A DNA stretch of 24,361 bases from a virus (Duplodnaviria > Heunggongvirae > Uroviricota > Caudoviricetes), in IMG/VR virus record IMGVR_UViG_2700989535_000002, one strand, 5' to 3'. Shown piece after piece: positions 15,612 to 24,361 of this stretch; positions within the stretch are counted from its first letter, which is position 1, and the number at the start of each line of letters is the position of its first letter. The notes under the pieces are model-generated. The model did not search any database. It saw nothing but the letters and a program-made list of their open reading frames with translations, and was not told the DNA's origin. A program made the position numbers and the translations under genes.

Positions 15612-16685
15612 ATGCGCCAGGAAACCCGCTTTAAATTTAATGCCTATCTGTCCCGTGTTGCCGAACTGAACGGCATCGACGCCGGTGATGTGTCGAAAAA
15701 ATTCACCGTTGAACCGTCGGTCACCCAGACCCTGATGAACACCATGCAGGAGTCCTCTGATTTTCTGACCCGCATCAATATTGTGCCGGTCAGCGAAATG
15801 AAAGGGGAAAAAATTGGTATTGGTGTCACCGGCTCCATCGCCAGCACCACCGACACTGCCGGTGGTACCGAGCGTCAGCCGAAGGACTTCTCGAAGCTGG
15901 CGTCAAACAAGTACGAATGCGACCAGATTAACTTCGATTTTTATATCCGCTACAAAACGCTGGACCTGTGGGCGCGTTATCAGGATTTCCAGCTCCGTAT
16001 CCGTAACGCCATTATCAAACGCCAGTCCCTTGATTTCATCATGGCCGGTTTTAACGGCGTGAGGCGTGCCGAAACCTCTGACCGCAGCAGCAATCCGATG
16101 CTGCAGGATGTGGCGGTCGGCTGGCTGCAGAAATACCGCAATGAAGCCCCGGCGCGCGTGATGAGCAAGGTCACTGACGAGGAAGGCCATACCACCTCTG
16201 AGGTTATCCGCGTGGGTAAGGGCGGTGATTATGTCAGCCTTGATGCACTGGTGATGGATGCGACCAATAACCTGATTGAACCGTGGTATCAGGAAGACCC
16301 TGACCTTGTGGTGATTGTGGGGCGTCAGCTACTGGCGGACAAGTATTTCCCCATCGTTAACAAGGAGCAGGACAACAGCGAAATGCTGGCCGCTGACGTC
16401 ATCATCAGCCAGAAACGCATCGGTAACCTGCCGGCGGTACGCGTCCCGTACTTCCCGGCGGATGCGATGCTCATCACAAAGCTGGAAAACCTGTCCATCT
16501 ACTACATGGATGACAGCCATCGCCGCGTGATTGTGGAAAACCCGAAACTCGACCGCGTGGAGAACTACGAGTCAATGAACATTGATTACGTGGTGGAAGA
16601 CTACGCCGCCGGTTGTCTGGTGGAAAAAATTAAGGTCGGTGATTTTTCCACACCGGCTAAGGCGACCGCAGAGCCGGGAGCGTAA
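15612..16685 (+). CDS. N: Major capsid protein
   Basis: 357-aa ORF following O; size and position as P2 N. Confidence 0.9.
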   Translation: MRQETRFKFNAYLSRVAELNGIDAGDVSKKFTVEPSVTQTLMNTMQESSDFLTRINIVPVSEMKGEKIGIGVTGSIASTTDTAGGTERQPKDFSKLASNKYECDQINFDFYIRYKTLDLWARYQDFQLRIRNAIIKRQSLDFIMAGFNGVRRAETSDRSSNPMLQDVAVGWLQKYRNEAPARVMSKVTDEEGHTTSEVIRVGKGGDYVSLDALVMDATNNLIEPWYQEDPDLVVIVGRQLLADKYFPIVNKEQDNSEMLAADVIISQKRIGNLPAVRVPYFPADAMLITKLENLSIYYMDDSHRRVIVENPKLDRVENYESMNIDYVVEDYAAGCLVEKIKVGDFSTPAKATAEPGA

Positions 16686-16688
16686 CCG

Positions 16689-17432
16689 ATGACGAGTCCC
16701 GCACAGCGCCACATGATGCGGGTCTCGGCAGCGATGACCGCGCAGCGGGAAGCCGCCCCGCTGCGACATGCAACTGTCTATGAGCAGATGCTGGTCAAGC
16801 TGGCCGCAGACCAGCGCACACTGAAAGCAATTTATTCAAAAGAGCTGAAGGCCGCGAAAAAGCGCGAACTGCTGCCGTTCTGGTTGCCGTGGGTGAACGG
16901 CGTGCTGGAGCAGGGCAAAGGTGCACAGGATGACATTCTGATGACAGTCATGCTGTGGCGTCTGGATACCGGCGATATTGCCGGTGCGCTGGAGATTGCC
17001 CGTTATGCCCTGAAGTACGGTCTGACCATGCCGGGTAAACACCGCCGCACCCCGCCGTACATGTTCACCGAGGAAGTGGCGCTTGCGGCCATGCGCGCTC
17101 ACGCTGCCGGTGAGTCTGTGGATCCCCGCCTGCTGATGGACACCCTCGAACTGACCGCCACGGCTGACATGCCTGATGAAGTGCGCGCAAAGCTGCACAA
17201 AATCACCGGTCTGTTTCTGCGTGACGCTGGTGATGCCGCCGGTGCGCTGGCTCACCTGCAACGTGCGACACAGCTCGACTGTCAGGCAGGCGTCAAAAAA
17301 GAGATTGAACGACTGGAGCGGGAGCTGAAACCGAAGCCGGAGCCGCAGCCCAAAGCGGCCACCCGCGCCCCGCGTAAGACCCGGAGCGTGACACCGGCAA
17401 AACGTGGACGCCCGAAAAAGAAAGCCAGTTAA
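16689..17432 (+). CDS. M: Terminase small / endonuclease subunit
   Basis: 247-aa ORF with basic C-terminal tail; size and position as P2 M. Confidence 0.85.
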   Translation: MTSPAQRHMMRVSAAMTAQREAAPLRHATVYEQMLVKLAADQRTLKAIYSKELKAAKKRELLPFWLPWVNGVLEQGKGAQDDILMTVMLWRLDTGDIAGALEIARYALKYGLTMPGKHRRTPPYMFTEEVALAAMRAHAAGESVDPRLLMDTLELTATADMPDEVRAKLHKITGLFLRDAGDAAGALAHLQRATQLDCQAGVKKEIERLERELKPKPEPQPKAATRAPRKTRSVTPAKRGRPKKKAS

Positions 17433-17531
17433 CAACCGAATGCGCCCCGCGCCAGGGCGGCACGCCGGTCAGTGAGGGTGAATCACCTGACACTGCACCG
17501 GCGTCCACCGCCCGACTTTTCAGAGGTAGTC

Positions 17532-18041
17532 ATGATGACGCTGATTATTCCGCGAAAGGAGGCTCCCGTGTCCGGTGAGGGTACGGTGGTCATCCCGCAA
17601 CCGGCAGGCGACGAGCCGGTGATTAAAAACACGTTCTTTTTTCCCGATATCGACCCGAAGCGCGTCCGGGAACGTATGCGCCTTGAGCAGACCGTCGCCT
17701 CCGCCCGTCTGCGTGAGGCCATCAAGTCAGGCATGGCGGAGACGAATGCGGAGCTGTACGAGTACCGCGAACAGAAAATTGCCGCCGGTTTTACGCGTCT
17801 GGTGGAAGTCCCGGCGGACGATATCGACGGTGAAAGCATCAAAGTTTTTTACTACGAGCGCGCCGTGTGTGCGATGGCGACCGCATCGCTTTATGAGCGT
17901 TATCGCGGCGTGGATGCCAGTGCCAAAGGCGACAAGAAGGCCGACAGCATTGACAGCACCATTGATGAACTGTGGCGGGATATGCGCTGGGCGGTGGCGC
18001 GTATCCAGGACAAGCCGCGCTGCATCGTGAGTCAAATCTGA
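17532..18041 (+). CDS. L: Head completion protein
   Basis: 169 aa from ATG at 17532 (AGAGG SD; track ORF starts at 17472); matches P2 L. Confidence 0.8.
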   Translation: MMTLIIPRKEAPVSGEGTVVIPQPAGDEPVIKNTFFFPDIDPKRVRERMRLEQTVASARLREAIKSGMAETNAELYEYREQKIAAGFTRLVEVPADDIDGESIKVFYYERAVCAMATASLYERYRGVDASAKGDKKADSIDSTIDELWRDMRWAVARIQDKPRCIVSQI

Positions 18042-18244
18042 TGAAGACCTTTGCGCTACAGGGCGACACGCTCGACGCCATCTGTGTCCGGTATTACGGG
18101 CGCACTGAGGGCGTGGTTGAGACCGTGCTCGCCGCAAATCCGGGACTGGCTGAACTGGGGGCGGTGCTGCCGCACGGCACCGCCGTCGAACTGCCCGACG
18201 TTCAGACCGCGCCCGTGGCTGAAACTGTCAATCTGTGGGAGTAA
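18041..18244 (+). CDS. X: Tail protein X
   Basis: 67 aa from ATG at 18041, overlapping the L stop (TGATG); matches P2 X. Confidence 0.8.
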   Translation: MKTFALQGDTLDAICVRYYGRTEGVVETVLAANPGLAELGAVLPHGTAVELPDVQTAPVAETVNLWE

Positions 18245-18247
18245 CGC

Positions 18248-18529
18248 ATGACAGCAGAAGAAAAAAGCGTCCTGTCGCTTTTCATGATTGGGGTGCTGAT
18301 TGTTGTCGGCAAGGTGCTTGCCGGTGGTGAACCCATCACCCCGCGTCTGTTTATCGGGCGCATGTTGCTCGGTGGTTTTGTCTCGATGGTTGCCGGTGTT
18401 GTTCTGGTGCAGTTTCCTGACCTGTCACTGCCTGCGGTGTGCGGCATCGGCTCCATGCTGGGTATCGCCGGCTATCAGGTGATTGAGATTGCCATTCAGC
18501 GCCGTTTTAAGGGCAGGGGGAAACCGTAA
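18248..18529 (+). CDS. Y: Holin
   Basis: 93 aa with hydrophobic transmembrane segments (LSLFMIGVLIVVGKVLAGG ... FVSMVAGVVLV); first gene of the lysis cassette as in P2. Confidence 0.85.
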   Translation: MTAEEKSVLSLFMIGVLIVVGKVLAGGEPITPRLFIGRMLLGGFVSMVAGVVLVQFPDLSLPAVCGIGSMLGIAGYQVIEIAIQRRFKGRGKP

Positions 18530-19026
18530 TGCCGGTAATTAACACGCATCAGAATATCGCCGCCTTTCTCGACATGCTGGCCGTGTCCGAAGGGACGGCG
18601 AATCATCCGCTGACGAAAAACCGGGGCTATGACGTGATAGTCACCGGACTGGACGGAAAGCCGGAAATTTTCACCGACTACAGTGACCACCCGTTCGCAC
18701 ATGGCCGACCAGCGAAGGTGTTTAACCGTCGCGGTGAAAAATCCACGGCCTCCGGTCGCTATCAGCAGCTTTACCTGTTCTGGCCGCACTACCGTAAACA
18801 GCTTGCCCTGCCTGATTTCAGTCCGTTGTCACAGGACAGACTCGCCATTCAGTTGATCCGCGAACGCGGTGCACTGGATGACATCCGGGCGGGACGCATT
18901 GAGCGCGCCATTTCACGCTGTCGCAATATCTGGGCGTCCCTGCCGGGTGCCGGTTACGGTCAGCGTGAGCATTCACTGGAAAAACTGGTCACCGTCTGGC
19001 GTACCGCTGGCGGCGTACCGGCTTAA
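18529..19026 (+). CDS. K: Endolysin (lysozyme)
   Basis: 165-aa ORF directly after the holin; size and position as P2 K. Confidence 0.85.
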   Translation: MPVINTHQNIAAFLDMLAVSEGTANHPLTKNRGYDVIVTGLDGKPEIFTDYSDHPFAHGRPAKVFNRRGEKSTASGRYQQLYLFWPHYRKQLALPDFSPLSQDRLAIQLIRERGALDDIRAGRIERAISRCRNIWASLPGAGYGQREHSLEKLVTVWRTAGGVPA

Positions 19027-19040
19027 ACGGAGTAAACACC

Positions 19041-19466
19041 ATGAAGAAATTATCCCTTTCACTGATGCTGAACGTGTCGCTGGCACTGATGCTGGCACTG
19101 TCCCTGATTTACCCGCAGAGCGTGGCCGTCAGTTTTGTCGCCGCCTGGGCGATTCTGGCGACGGTTATCTGTGTGGTTGCCGGTGGTGTCGGCGTGTATG
19201 CCACTGAGTATGTGCTGGAACGCTACGGGCGGGAGCTGCCGCCGGAATCGCTGGCCGTGAAGATTGTCGCGTCGCTGTTTTTGCAGCCGGTGCCGTGGCG
19301 CAGACGGGCGGCGGCTCTGGTGGTGATGGTGGCGACGTTTATCTCGCTGGTCGCTGCCGGGTGGATTTTTACTGCGCTGATTTACCTCGTGGCGTCGGTG
19401 TTCTTCCGGCTGATACGTACGGCCTGCCGTCAGCGTTTTGAGGGGCGGGAACCATGTCAAAGCTGA
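19041..19466 (+). CDS. lysA: Lysis regulatory membrane protein LysA
   Basis: 141 aa, multiple hydrophobic helices; position as P2 lysA. Confidence 0.8.
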   Translation: MKKLSLSLMLNVSLALMLALSLIYPQSVAVSFVAAWAILATVICVVAGGVGVYATEYVLERYGRELPPESLAVKIVASLFLQPVPWRRRAAALVVMVATFISLVAAGWIFTALIYLVASVFFRLIRTACRQRFEGREPCQS

Positions 19467-19879
19467 TGATTGTGCTGGTCGTGTTGTTATCACTGGCGGT
19501 GCCGGGGCTGTTTCTGGTGAAGCATGAAAATGCCAGCCTGCGCACCTCACTGGACAGGGCGAACAGCGTCGCCAGCGGGCAGCAGACGACCATCACCATG
19601 CTGAAAAATCAGCTTCATGTTGCACTCACCAGGGCAGACAAAAACGAGCTGGCGCAGGTGGCACTGCGTCAGGAACTGGAGAACGCCGCGAAGCGTGAAG
19701 CACTGCGCGAGAAAACCATCACGAGGTTACTGAATGAAAACGAGGATTTCCGCCGCTGGTATGGCGCTGACCTGCCTGATGCTGTGCGCCGGTTGCACCA
19801 GCGTCCGGCCTGCACCGACGCCAGTGATTGTCGCCAACGCCTGCCCGAAAGTGAGCCTTTGCCCGATGCCGGGCAGTGA
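19454..19879 (+). CDS. lysB: i-spanin (Rz-like) LysB
   Basis: 141 aa; N-terminal TM segment then a charged coiled-coil region. Confidence 0.8.
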   Translation: MSKLMIVLVVLLSLAVPGLFLVKHENASLRTSLDRANSVASGQQTTITMLKNQLHVALTRADKNELAQVALRQELENAAKREALREKTITRLLNENEDFRRWYGADLPDAVRRLHQRPACTDASDCRQRLPESEPLPDAGQ

Positions 19880-20024
19880 TCCGCAGACGAACGGCGATTT
19901 AAGTGCCGATATCCGGCAGCTTGAGAACGCGCTGGCACGCTGTGCCAGCCAGGTAAAAATGATTAAACACTGTCAGGACGAAAACGATGCTCAAACCCGA
20001 CAGCCTGCGCAGGGCGCTGACTGA
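19734..20024 (+). CDS. lysC: o-spanin (Rz1-like lipoprotein) LysC
   Basis: 96 aa in a different frame, nested across the lysB 3' end and into R; lipobox signal MALTCLMLCAGC; Pro-rich mature region. Confidence 0.75.
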   Translation: MKTRISAAGMALTCLMLCAGCTSVRPAPTPVIVANACPKVSLCPMPGSDPQTNGDLSADIRQLENALARCASQVKMIKHCQDENDAQTRQPAQGAD

Positions 20025-20454
20025 TGCCGTCACGGTGCTGAAAACCAGTCCAGAGATGCTTCGGATATTCGTGGATAACGGGAGTATTGCCTCCACGCTG
20101 GCGACGTCGCTGTCGTTCGAAAAGCGTTACACGCTCAATGTGATTGTGACCGACTTTACCGGTGATTTTGACCTGCTCATCGTGCCGGTGCTGGCGTGGC
20201 TGCGGGAAAATCAGCCCGACATCATGACCACCGACGAAGGCCAGAAAAAGGGCTTCACGTTTTATGCAGACATCAACAATGACAGCAGCTTTGATATCAG
20301 CATCAGTCTGATGCTGACCGAGCGCACGCTGGTCAGCGAGGTTGACGGTGCGCTGCATGTGAAGAATATCCCGGAACCCCCGCCGCCGGAGCCGGTCACC
20401 CGCCCGGTGGAGCTTTATATCAATGGCGAACTGGTGAGCAAGTGGGATGAATGA
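19987..20454 (+). CDS. R: Tail completion protein R
   Basis: 155-aa ORF; size and position as P2 R. Confidence 0.8.
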   Translation: MLKPDSLRRALTDAVTVLKTSPEMLRIFVDNGSIASTLATSLSFEKRYTLNVIVTDFTGDFDLLIVPVLAWLRENQPDIMTTDEGQKKGFTFYADINNDSSFDISISLMLTERTLVSEVDGALHVKNIPEPPPPEPVTRPVELYINGELVSKWDE

Positions 20455-20899
20455 GTTTAAGCGTTTTGAAGACCGGCTGACCGGACTGATTGAATCGCTG
20501 TCACCGTCAGGGCGTCGGCGACTGAGTGCCGAACTGGCGAAACGTCTGCGTCAGAGTCAGCAGCGTCGGGTGATGGCACAGAAAGCCCCGGACGGCACAC
20601 CCTACGCGCCACGTCAGCAGCAGAGCGCCAGAAAAAAGACCGGTCGCGTTAAGCGAAAAATGTTTGCGAAACTTATCACCAGTCGTTTTTTGCATATCCG
20701 CGCCAGCCCGGAACAGGCATCAATGGAGTTTTACGGCGGAAAGTCACCGAAAATCGCCAGTGTGCATCAGTTCGGTCTGTCGGAAGAAAACCGGAAAGAC
20801 GGTAAGAAAATTGATTATCCGGCGCGTCCTCTGCTCGGCTTTACCGGTGAGGATGTGCAGATGATTGAAGAGATTATCCTGGCTCACCTCGACCGTTAG
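20447..20899 (+). CDS. S: Tail completion protein S
   Basis: 150-aa ORF overlapping the R stop; size and position as P2 S. Confidence 0.8.
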   Translation: MNEFKRFEDRLTGLIESLSPSGRRRLSAELAKRLRQSQQRRVMAQKAPDGTPYAPRQQQSARKKTGRVKRKMFAKLITSRFLHIRASPEQASMEFYGGKSPKIASVHQFGLSEENRKDGKKIDYPARPLLGFTGEDVQMIEEIILAHLDR

Positions 20900-20965
20900 T
20901 TGTGCCATTCCCGACACCTCATCGGCACATTGCCGCCGGTATGACCCGGCGGCATCCTTCCCGTT

Positions 20966-21601
20966 ATGAACACTCTCGCAAATATTCAGGAACTCGCGCG
21001 CGCACTGCGCAACATGATCCGCACCGGCATTATCGTCGAAACCGACCTTAACGCCGGTCGCTGCCGTGTGCAGACCGGCGGCATGTGCACCGACTGGCTT
21101 CAGTGGCTGACCCATCGCGCCGGACGTTCGCGCACATGGTGGGCACCTTCCGTGGGGGAACAGGTGCTGATTCTGGCCGTGGGCGGTGAACTCGACACGG
21201 CGTTCGTTCTGCCGGGGATTTATTCCGGCGATAACCCCGCGCCGTCTGCGTCGGCGGATGCCCTGCATATCCGTTTCCCTGACGGGGCGGTGATTGAGTA
21301 TGAACCCGAAACCAGTGCACTCACGGTAAGCGGAATTAAAACGGCCAGCGTGACGGCTTCTGATTCTGTTACTGCCACGGTGCCGGTGGTCATGGTGAAA
21401 GCGTCAACCCGCATCACCCTGGACACCCCGGAGGTGGTCTGCACCAACAGACTGATTACCGGCACGCTGGAAGTGCAGAAGGGCGGGACGATGCGCGGCA
21501 ACATTAAACATACCGGCGGTGAACTCTCATCAAACGGTAAGGTACTGCATACCCATAAACACCCCGGCGACAGCGGCGGCACAACCGGGAGTCCTCTATG
21601 A
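20966..21601 (+). CDS. V: Baseplate spike protein V
   Basis: 211-aa ORF starting the baseplate operon; size and position as P2 V. Confidence 0.85.
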   Translation: MNTLANIQELARALRNMIRTGIIVETDLNAGRCRVQTGGMCTDWLQWLTHRAGRSRTWWAPSVGEQVLILAVGGELDTAFVLPGIYSGDNPAPSASADALHIRFPDGAVIEYEPETSALTVSGIKTASVTASDSVTATVPVVMVKASTRITLDTPEVVCTNRLITGTLEVQKGGTMRGNIKHTGGELSSNGKVLHTHKHPGDSGGTTGSPL

Positions 21602-21945
21602 CAGCGCGTTATCTTGGAATGAATCGCAGTGATGGTCTGACTGTCACTGACCTTGAGCATATCAGCCAGAGTATCGGCGATATCCTGCGCACGCCGGTCG
21701 GCTCACGGGTGATGCGTCGTGATTACGGCTCATTGCTGGCGTCAATGATTGACCAGCCGCAGACCCCGACGCTTGAGTTGCAGATTAAGGTCGCCTGTTA
21801 CATGGCGGTGCTGAAATGGGAACCCCGCGTCACCCTGTCATCCGTCACCACTGAGCGCAGTTTTGACGGGCGAATGACGGTCACGTTAACCGGCCAGCAC
21901 AACGACACCGGCCAGCCACTTTCGTTAACCATCCCTGTGAGTTGA
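21598..21945 (+). CDS. W: Baseplate protein W
   Basis: 115-aa ORF overlapping the V stop; as P2 W. Confidence 0.85.
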   Translation: MTARYLGMNRSDGLTVTDLEHISQSIGDILRTPVGSRVMRRDYGSLLASMIDQPQTPTLELQIKVACYMAVLKWEPRVTLSSVTTERSFDGRMTVTLTGQHNDTGQPLSLTIPVS

Positions 21946-21949
21946 AACC

Positions 21950-22858
21950 ATGCCGATTATCGACCTGAACCAGCTACCCGCACCGGATGTGGTCGAGGAG
22001 CTGGACTTTGAAACCATTCTTGCCGAACGCAAGGCGACACTGATTTCCCTTTACCCGGAAGACCAGCAGGAGGCGGTTGCCCGTACCCTGACGCTGGAAT
22101 CCGAGCCTCTCGTCAAACTGCTGGAGGAAAATGCTTATCGTGAGCTTATCTGGCGTCAGCGTGTGAATGAGGCCGCACGGGCGGTAATGCTGGCCTGTGC
22201 CGCCGGTAATGACCTTGATGTGATTGGTGCCAATTACAACACCACGCGCCTGATTATCACCCCGGCAGATGATTCGACCATCCCGCCGACACCGGCAGTG
22301 ATGGAGTCTGACACCGATTATCGTCTGCGTATTCAGCAGGCGTTTGAGGGCTTAAGCGTCGCCGGGTCGGTAGGAGCCTATCAGTATCATGGTCGCAGTG
22401 CCGACGGGCGTGTCGCGGATATCTCTGTCACCAGTCCGTCTCCGGCCTGCGTCACTATCTCCGTGCTGTCACGTGAAAATAACGGCGTCGCATCCGAAGA
22501 CCTGCTGGCCGTGGTGCGTAACGCCCTTAATGGCGAGGACGTCAGGCCGGTGGCCGACCGCGTGACCGTGCAGTCTGCCGCCATTGTTGAATACCAGATA
22601 AACGCCACGCTTTACCTTTACCCTGGTCCCGAAAGCGAACCCATCCGCGCTGCTGCCGTGAAAAAACTGGAAGCGTACATCACGGCACAGCACCGGCTGG
22701 GGCGCGACATCCGTCTGTCTGCCATTTATGCCGCTTTGCATGTGGAAGGCGTGCAGCGTGTCGAACTGGCTGCACCGCTGGCCGATATCGTGCTTAACAG
22801 CACGCAGGCGTCTTTCTGTACCGAATACCGCGTCGTGACCGGAGGCTCGGATGAGTGA
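21950..22858 (+). CDS. J: Baseplate protein J
   Basis: 302-aa ORF; as P2 J. Confidence 0.85.
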   Translation: MPIIDLNQLPAPDVVEELDFETILAERKATLISLYPEDQQEAVARTLTLESEPLVKLLEENAYRELIWRQRVNEAARAVMLACAAGNDLDVIGANYNTTRLIITPADDSTIPPTPAVMESDTDYRLRIQQAFEGLSVAGSVGAYQYHGRSADGRVADISVTSPSPACVTISVLSRENNGVASEDLLAVVRNALNGEDVRPVADRVTVQSAAIVEYQINATLYLYPGPESEPIRAAAVKKLEAYITAQHRLGRDIRLSAIYAALHVEGVQRVELAAPLADIVLNSTQASFCTEYRVVTGGSDE

Positions 22859-23462
22859 TTCGCGCCTGCTGCCGACCGGCTCATCACCGCTTGAAGTCGC
22901 CGCCGCAAAAGCCTCTGCGGAAATTGAAAAAACGCCGGTCAGTATTCGTGAGCTGTGGAACCCGGACACCTGCCCGGCAAATCTGCTGCCGTGGCTGGCG
23001 TGGTCATTTTCGGTTGACCGCTGGGATGATAAGTGGCCGGAAGCGACAAAACGCGCTGTTATCCGCGATGCGTATTTCATTCACTGCCATAAGGGCACTA
23101 TAGGCGCAATCCGGCGTGTGGTGGAGCCGCTCGGCTATCTGATTGAGGTGAGGGAGTGGTGGCAACTCAATGAGGAGCCGGGGACGTTCCGTATCGTTGT
23201 TGGCGTGCTTGAGCAGGGTATTACCGAGGAAATGTATCAGGAGCTGGAGCGCCTCGTTGCTGATGCAAAACCGGCAAGCCGCCATCTGACGGGACTGGCT
23301 ATCAGTTTAAGCACAACCGGCAACATTTTTGCCGGTGCGGGATGCTATCACGGCGACGCCCTGACGGTTTATCCCTACACCCCGGAGGCCATTATTGTCG
23401 GAGGGGATTATTTCCCGGCCTCGGCCATTCATTTAATTGATAACCTGAGAGTAAACGCATGA
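22851..23462 (+). CDS. I: Baseplate protein I
   Basis: 203-aa ORF, start overlapping the J stop. Longer than my recollection of P2 I (176 aa), so the start or family variant is uncertain. Confidence 0.7.
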   Translation: MSDSRLLPTGSSPLEVAAAKASAEIEKTPVSIRELWNPDTCPANLLPWLAWSFSVDRWDDKWPEATKRAVIRDAYFIHCHKGTIGAIRRVVEPLGYLIEVREWWQLNEEPGTFRIVVGVLEQGITEEMYQELERLVADAKPASRHLTGLAISLSTTGNIFAGAGCYHGDALTVYPYTPEAIIVGGDYFPASAIHLIDNLRVNA

Positions 23463-24361
23463 CAGTGAAATACTACGCCATTCTGACTAATCAGGGCGCA
23501 GCACGGCTGGCTAACGCGACGATGCTCGGCAGTAAGCTGAATCTGACGCAAATGGCCGTTGGTGATGCGAATGGTGTCTTGCCGACACCAGACCCGGCAC
23601 AGACAAAACTGATTAATCAGAAACGCATTGCACCGCTGAATCTTCTGAGTGTTGACCCGAACAACCAGAGCCAGATTATTGCGGAGCAAATCATCCCTGA
23701 GAACGAGGGCGGATTCTGGATCCGTGAGATTGGGCTTTATGATGATGAAGGCGTACTCATTGCGGTGGCGAACTGCCCGGAAACGTACAAACCGCAGTTG
23801 CAGGAAGGCAGTGGTCGTACCCAGACTATCCGCATGATTCTGGTTGTCACGAATACCGAAGCTATCACGCTGAAAATCGACCCGTCGGTGGTACTGGCGA
23901 CCCGTAAATATGTGGATGATGAAGTCCTGGAATTAAGGCTGTATGTGGATGACCAGATGAGCAAACACATTGCCGCACAGGACCCTCATACCCAGTATGC
24001 ACAGAAACATAATCCGACATTTACCGGAGAACCAAAAGCGCCGACGCCTGCCGCAGGAAATAACACCACGCGGATTGCGACCACTGAGTTTGTTCAGGCC
24101 GCTATTACCGCTCTGATTAACGGTGCGCCAGCCACACTGGACACACTGAAAGAAATTGCCGCGGCCATTAACAATGACCCGAAATTCAGCACCACCATTA
24201 ACAATGCGCTGTCAGGTAAGCAGCCACTGGATGAGACGCTGACTCATTTGAGTGGAAAGGATGTTGCCGGTCTTCTCGCATACCTTGGTTTGGGAGAAGC
24301 GGCAAAACGGAATGTGGGCACAGGAGATAATCAGATACCGGATATGGGAGCATTCGCTTCT
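23459..24361 (+). CDS. H: Tail fibre protein H, 5' part (truncated by window end)
   Basis: ATG at 23459 overlapping the I stop (ATGA); open frame continues to the last base (about 300 codons, no stop); N-terminus MTVKYYAILTNQGAARLANA resembles conserved P2-type tail-fibre N-termini. Confidence 0.8.
   Translation, partial: MTVKYYAILTNQGAARLANATMLGSKLNLTQMAVGDANGVLPTPDPAQTKLINQKRIAPLNLLSVDPNNQSQIIAEQIIPENEGGFWIREIGLYDDEGVLIAVANCPETYKPQLQEGSGRTQTIRMILVVTNTEAITLKIDPSVVLATRKYVDDEVLELRLYVDDQMSKHIAAQDPHTQYAQKHNPTFTGEPKAPTPAAGNNTTRIATTEFVQAAITALINGAPATLDTLKEIAAAINNDPKFSTTINNALSGKQPLDETLTHLSGKDVAGLLAYLGLGEAAKRNVGTGDNQIPDMGAFAS

Larger units (their letters stand above)
477..24361. mobile_element. P2-like prophage, left junction to tail-fibre gene H (right end beyond window)
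   Basis: Gene order int-C-cox-B-orf80..83-A-(cargo)-Q-P-O-N-M-L-X-Y-K-lysA-lysB-lysC-R-S-V-W-J-I-H with protein lengths matching P2 as recalled (99, 91, 166, 590, 284, 357, 247, 169, 67, 93, 165, 141, 141, 96, 155, 150, 211, 115, 302 aa). Confidence 0.9.

Noticed and set aside
15058-23285. Antisense or overlapping ORFs within late genes (e.g. 15058-15516, 16836-17435, 17727-18137, 19059-19550, 20744-21268, 21220-21660, 22469-23080, 23004-23285)
   Set aside because: Nested in strongly supported structural/lysis genes and lacking SD sequences; lysC (19734-20024) is the only embedded frame accepted, because of its lipobox signal and known P2 precedent.
1-24361. CRISPR arrays, rRNA/tRNA genes, IS elements or transposases
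   Set aside because: No regularly spaced direct repeats, no rRNA/tRNA-like sequences that fold convincingly, and no transposase-like ORFs or terminal inverted repeats were seen anywhere in the window.

Overview
This window is the left ~24 kb of a P2-like (Peduovirus-type) prophage. A short chromosomal flank (1-476, one small lipoprotein gene) is followed by a P2-type attL core (477-503), then integrase, the C/cox immunity switch and the early replication operon (B, orf80-83, A). After a 5.3-kb AT-rich cargo island (6444-11730), the late genes run Q and P (minus strand), then O, N, M, L, X, Y, K, lysA/lysB/lysC, R, S, V, W, J, I and the 5' part of tail-fibre gene H (plus strand). Backbone gene order and nearly all protein lengths match phage P2 as I recall it; no database search was possible. 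The cargo island replaces P2's orf91-tin-old region and straddles a cos-like site. It holds three units: (i) a retron-type reverse transcriptase operon (structured ~240-nt leader/ncRNA candidate, 51-aa ORF, XRE-type HTH protein, 316-aa RT carrying retron NAxxH, YxDD and VTG motifs); (ii) a convergent orphan 145-aa protein with a C-terminal membrane anchor; and (iii) an ABC-type ATPase translationally coupled to a small TOPRIM-like protein, resembling a split OLD/PARIS/AbiL-style module. These three units are the best candidates for an undescribed or poorly described anti-phage system. All functional assignments rest on motif reading and synteny, not on similarity searches.
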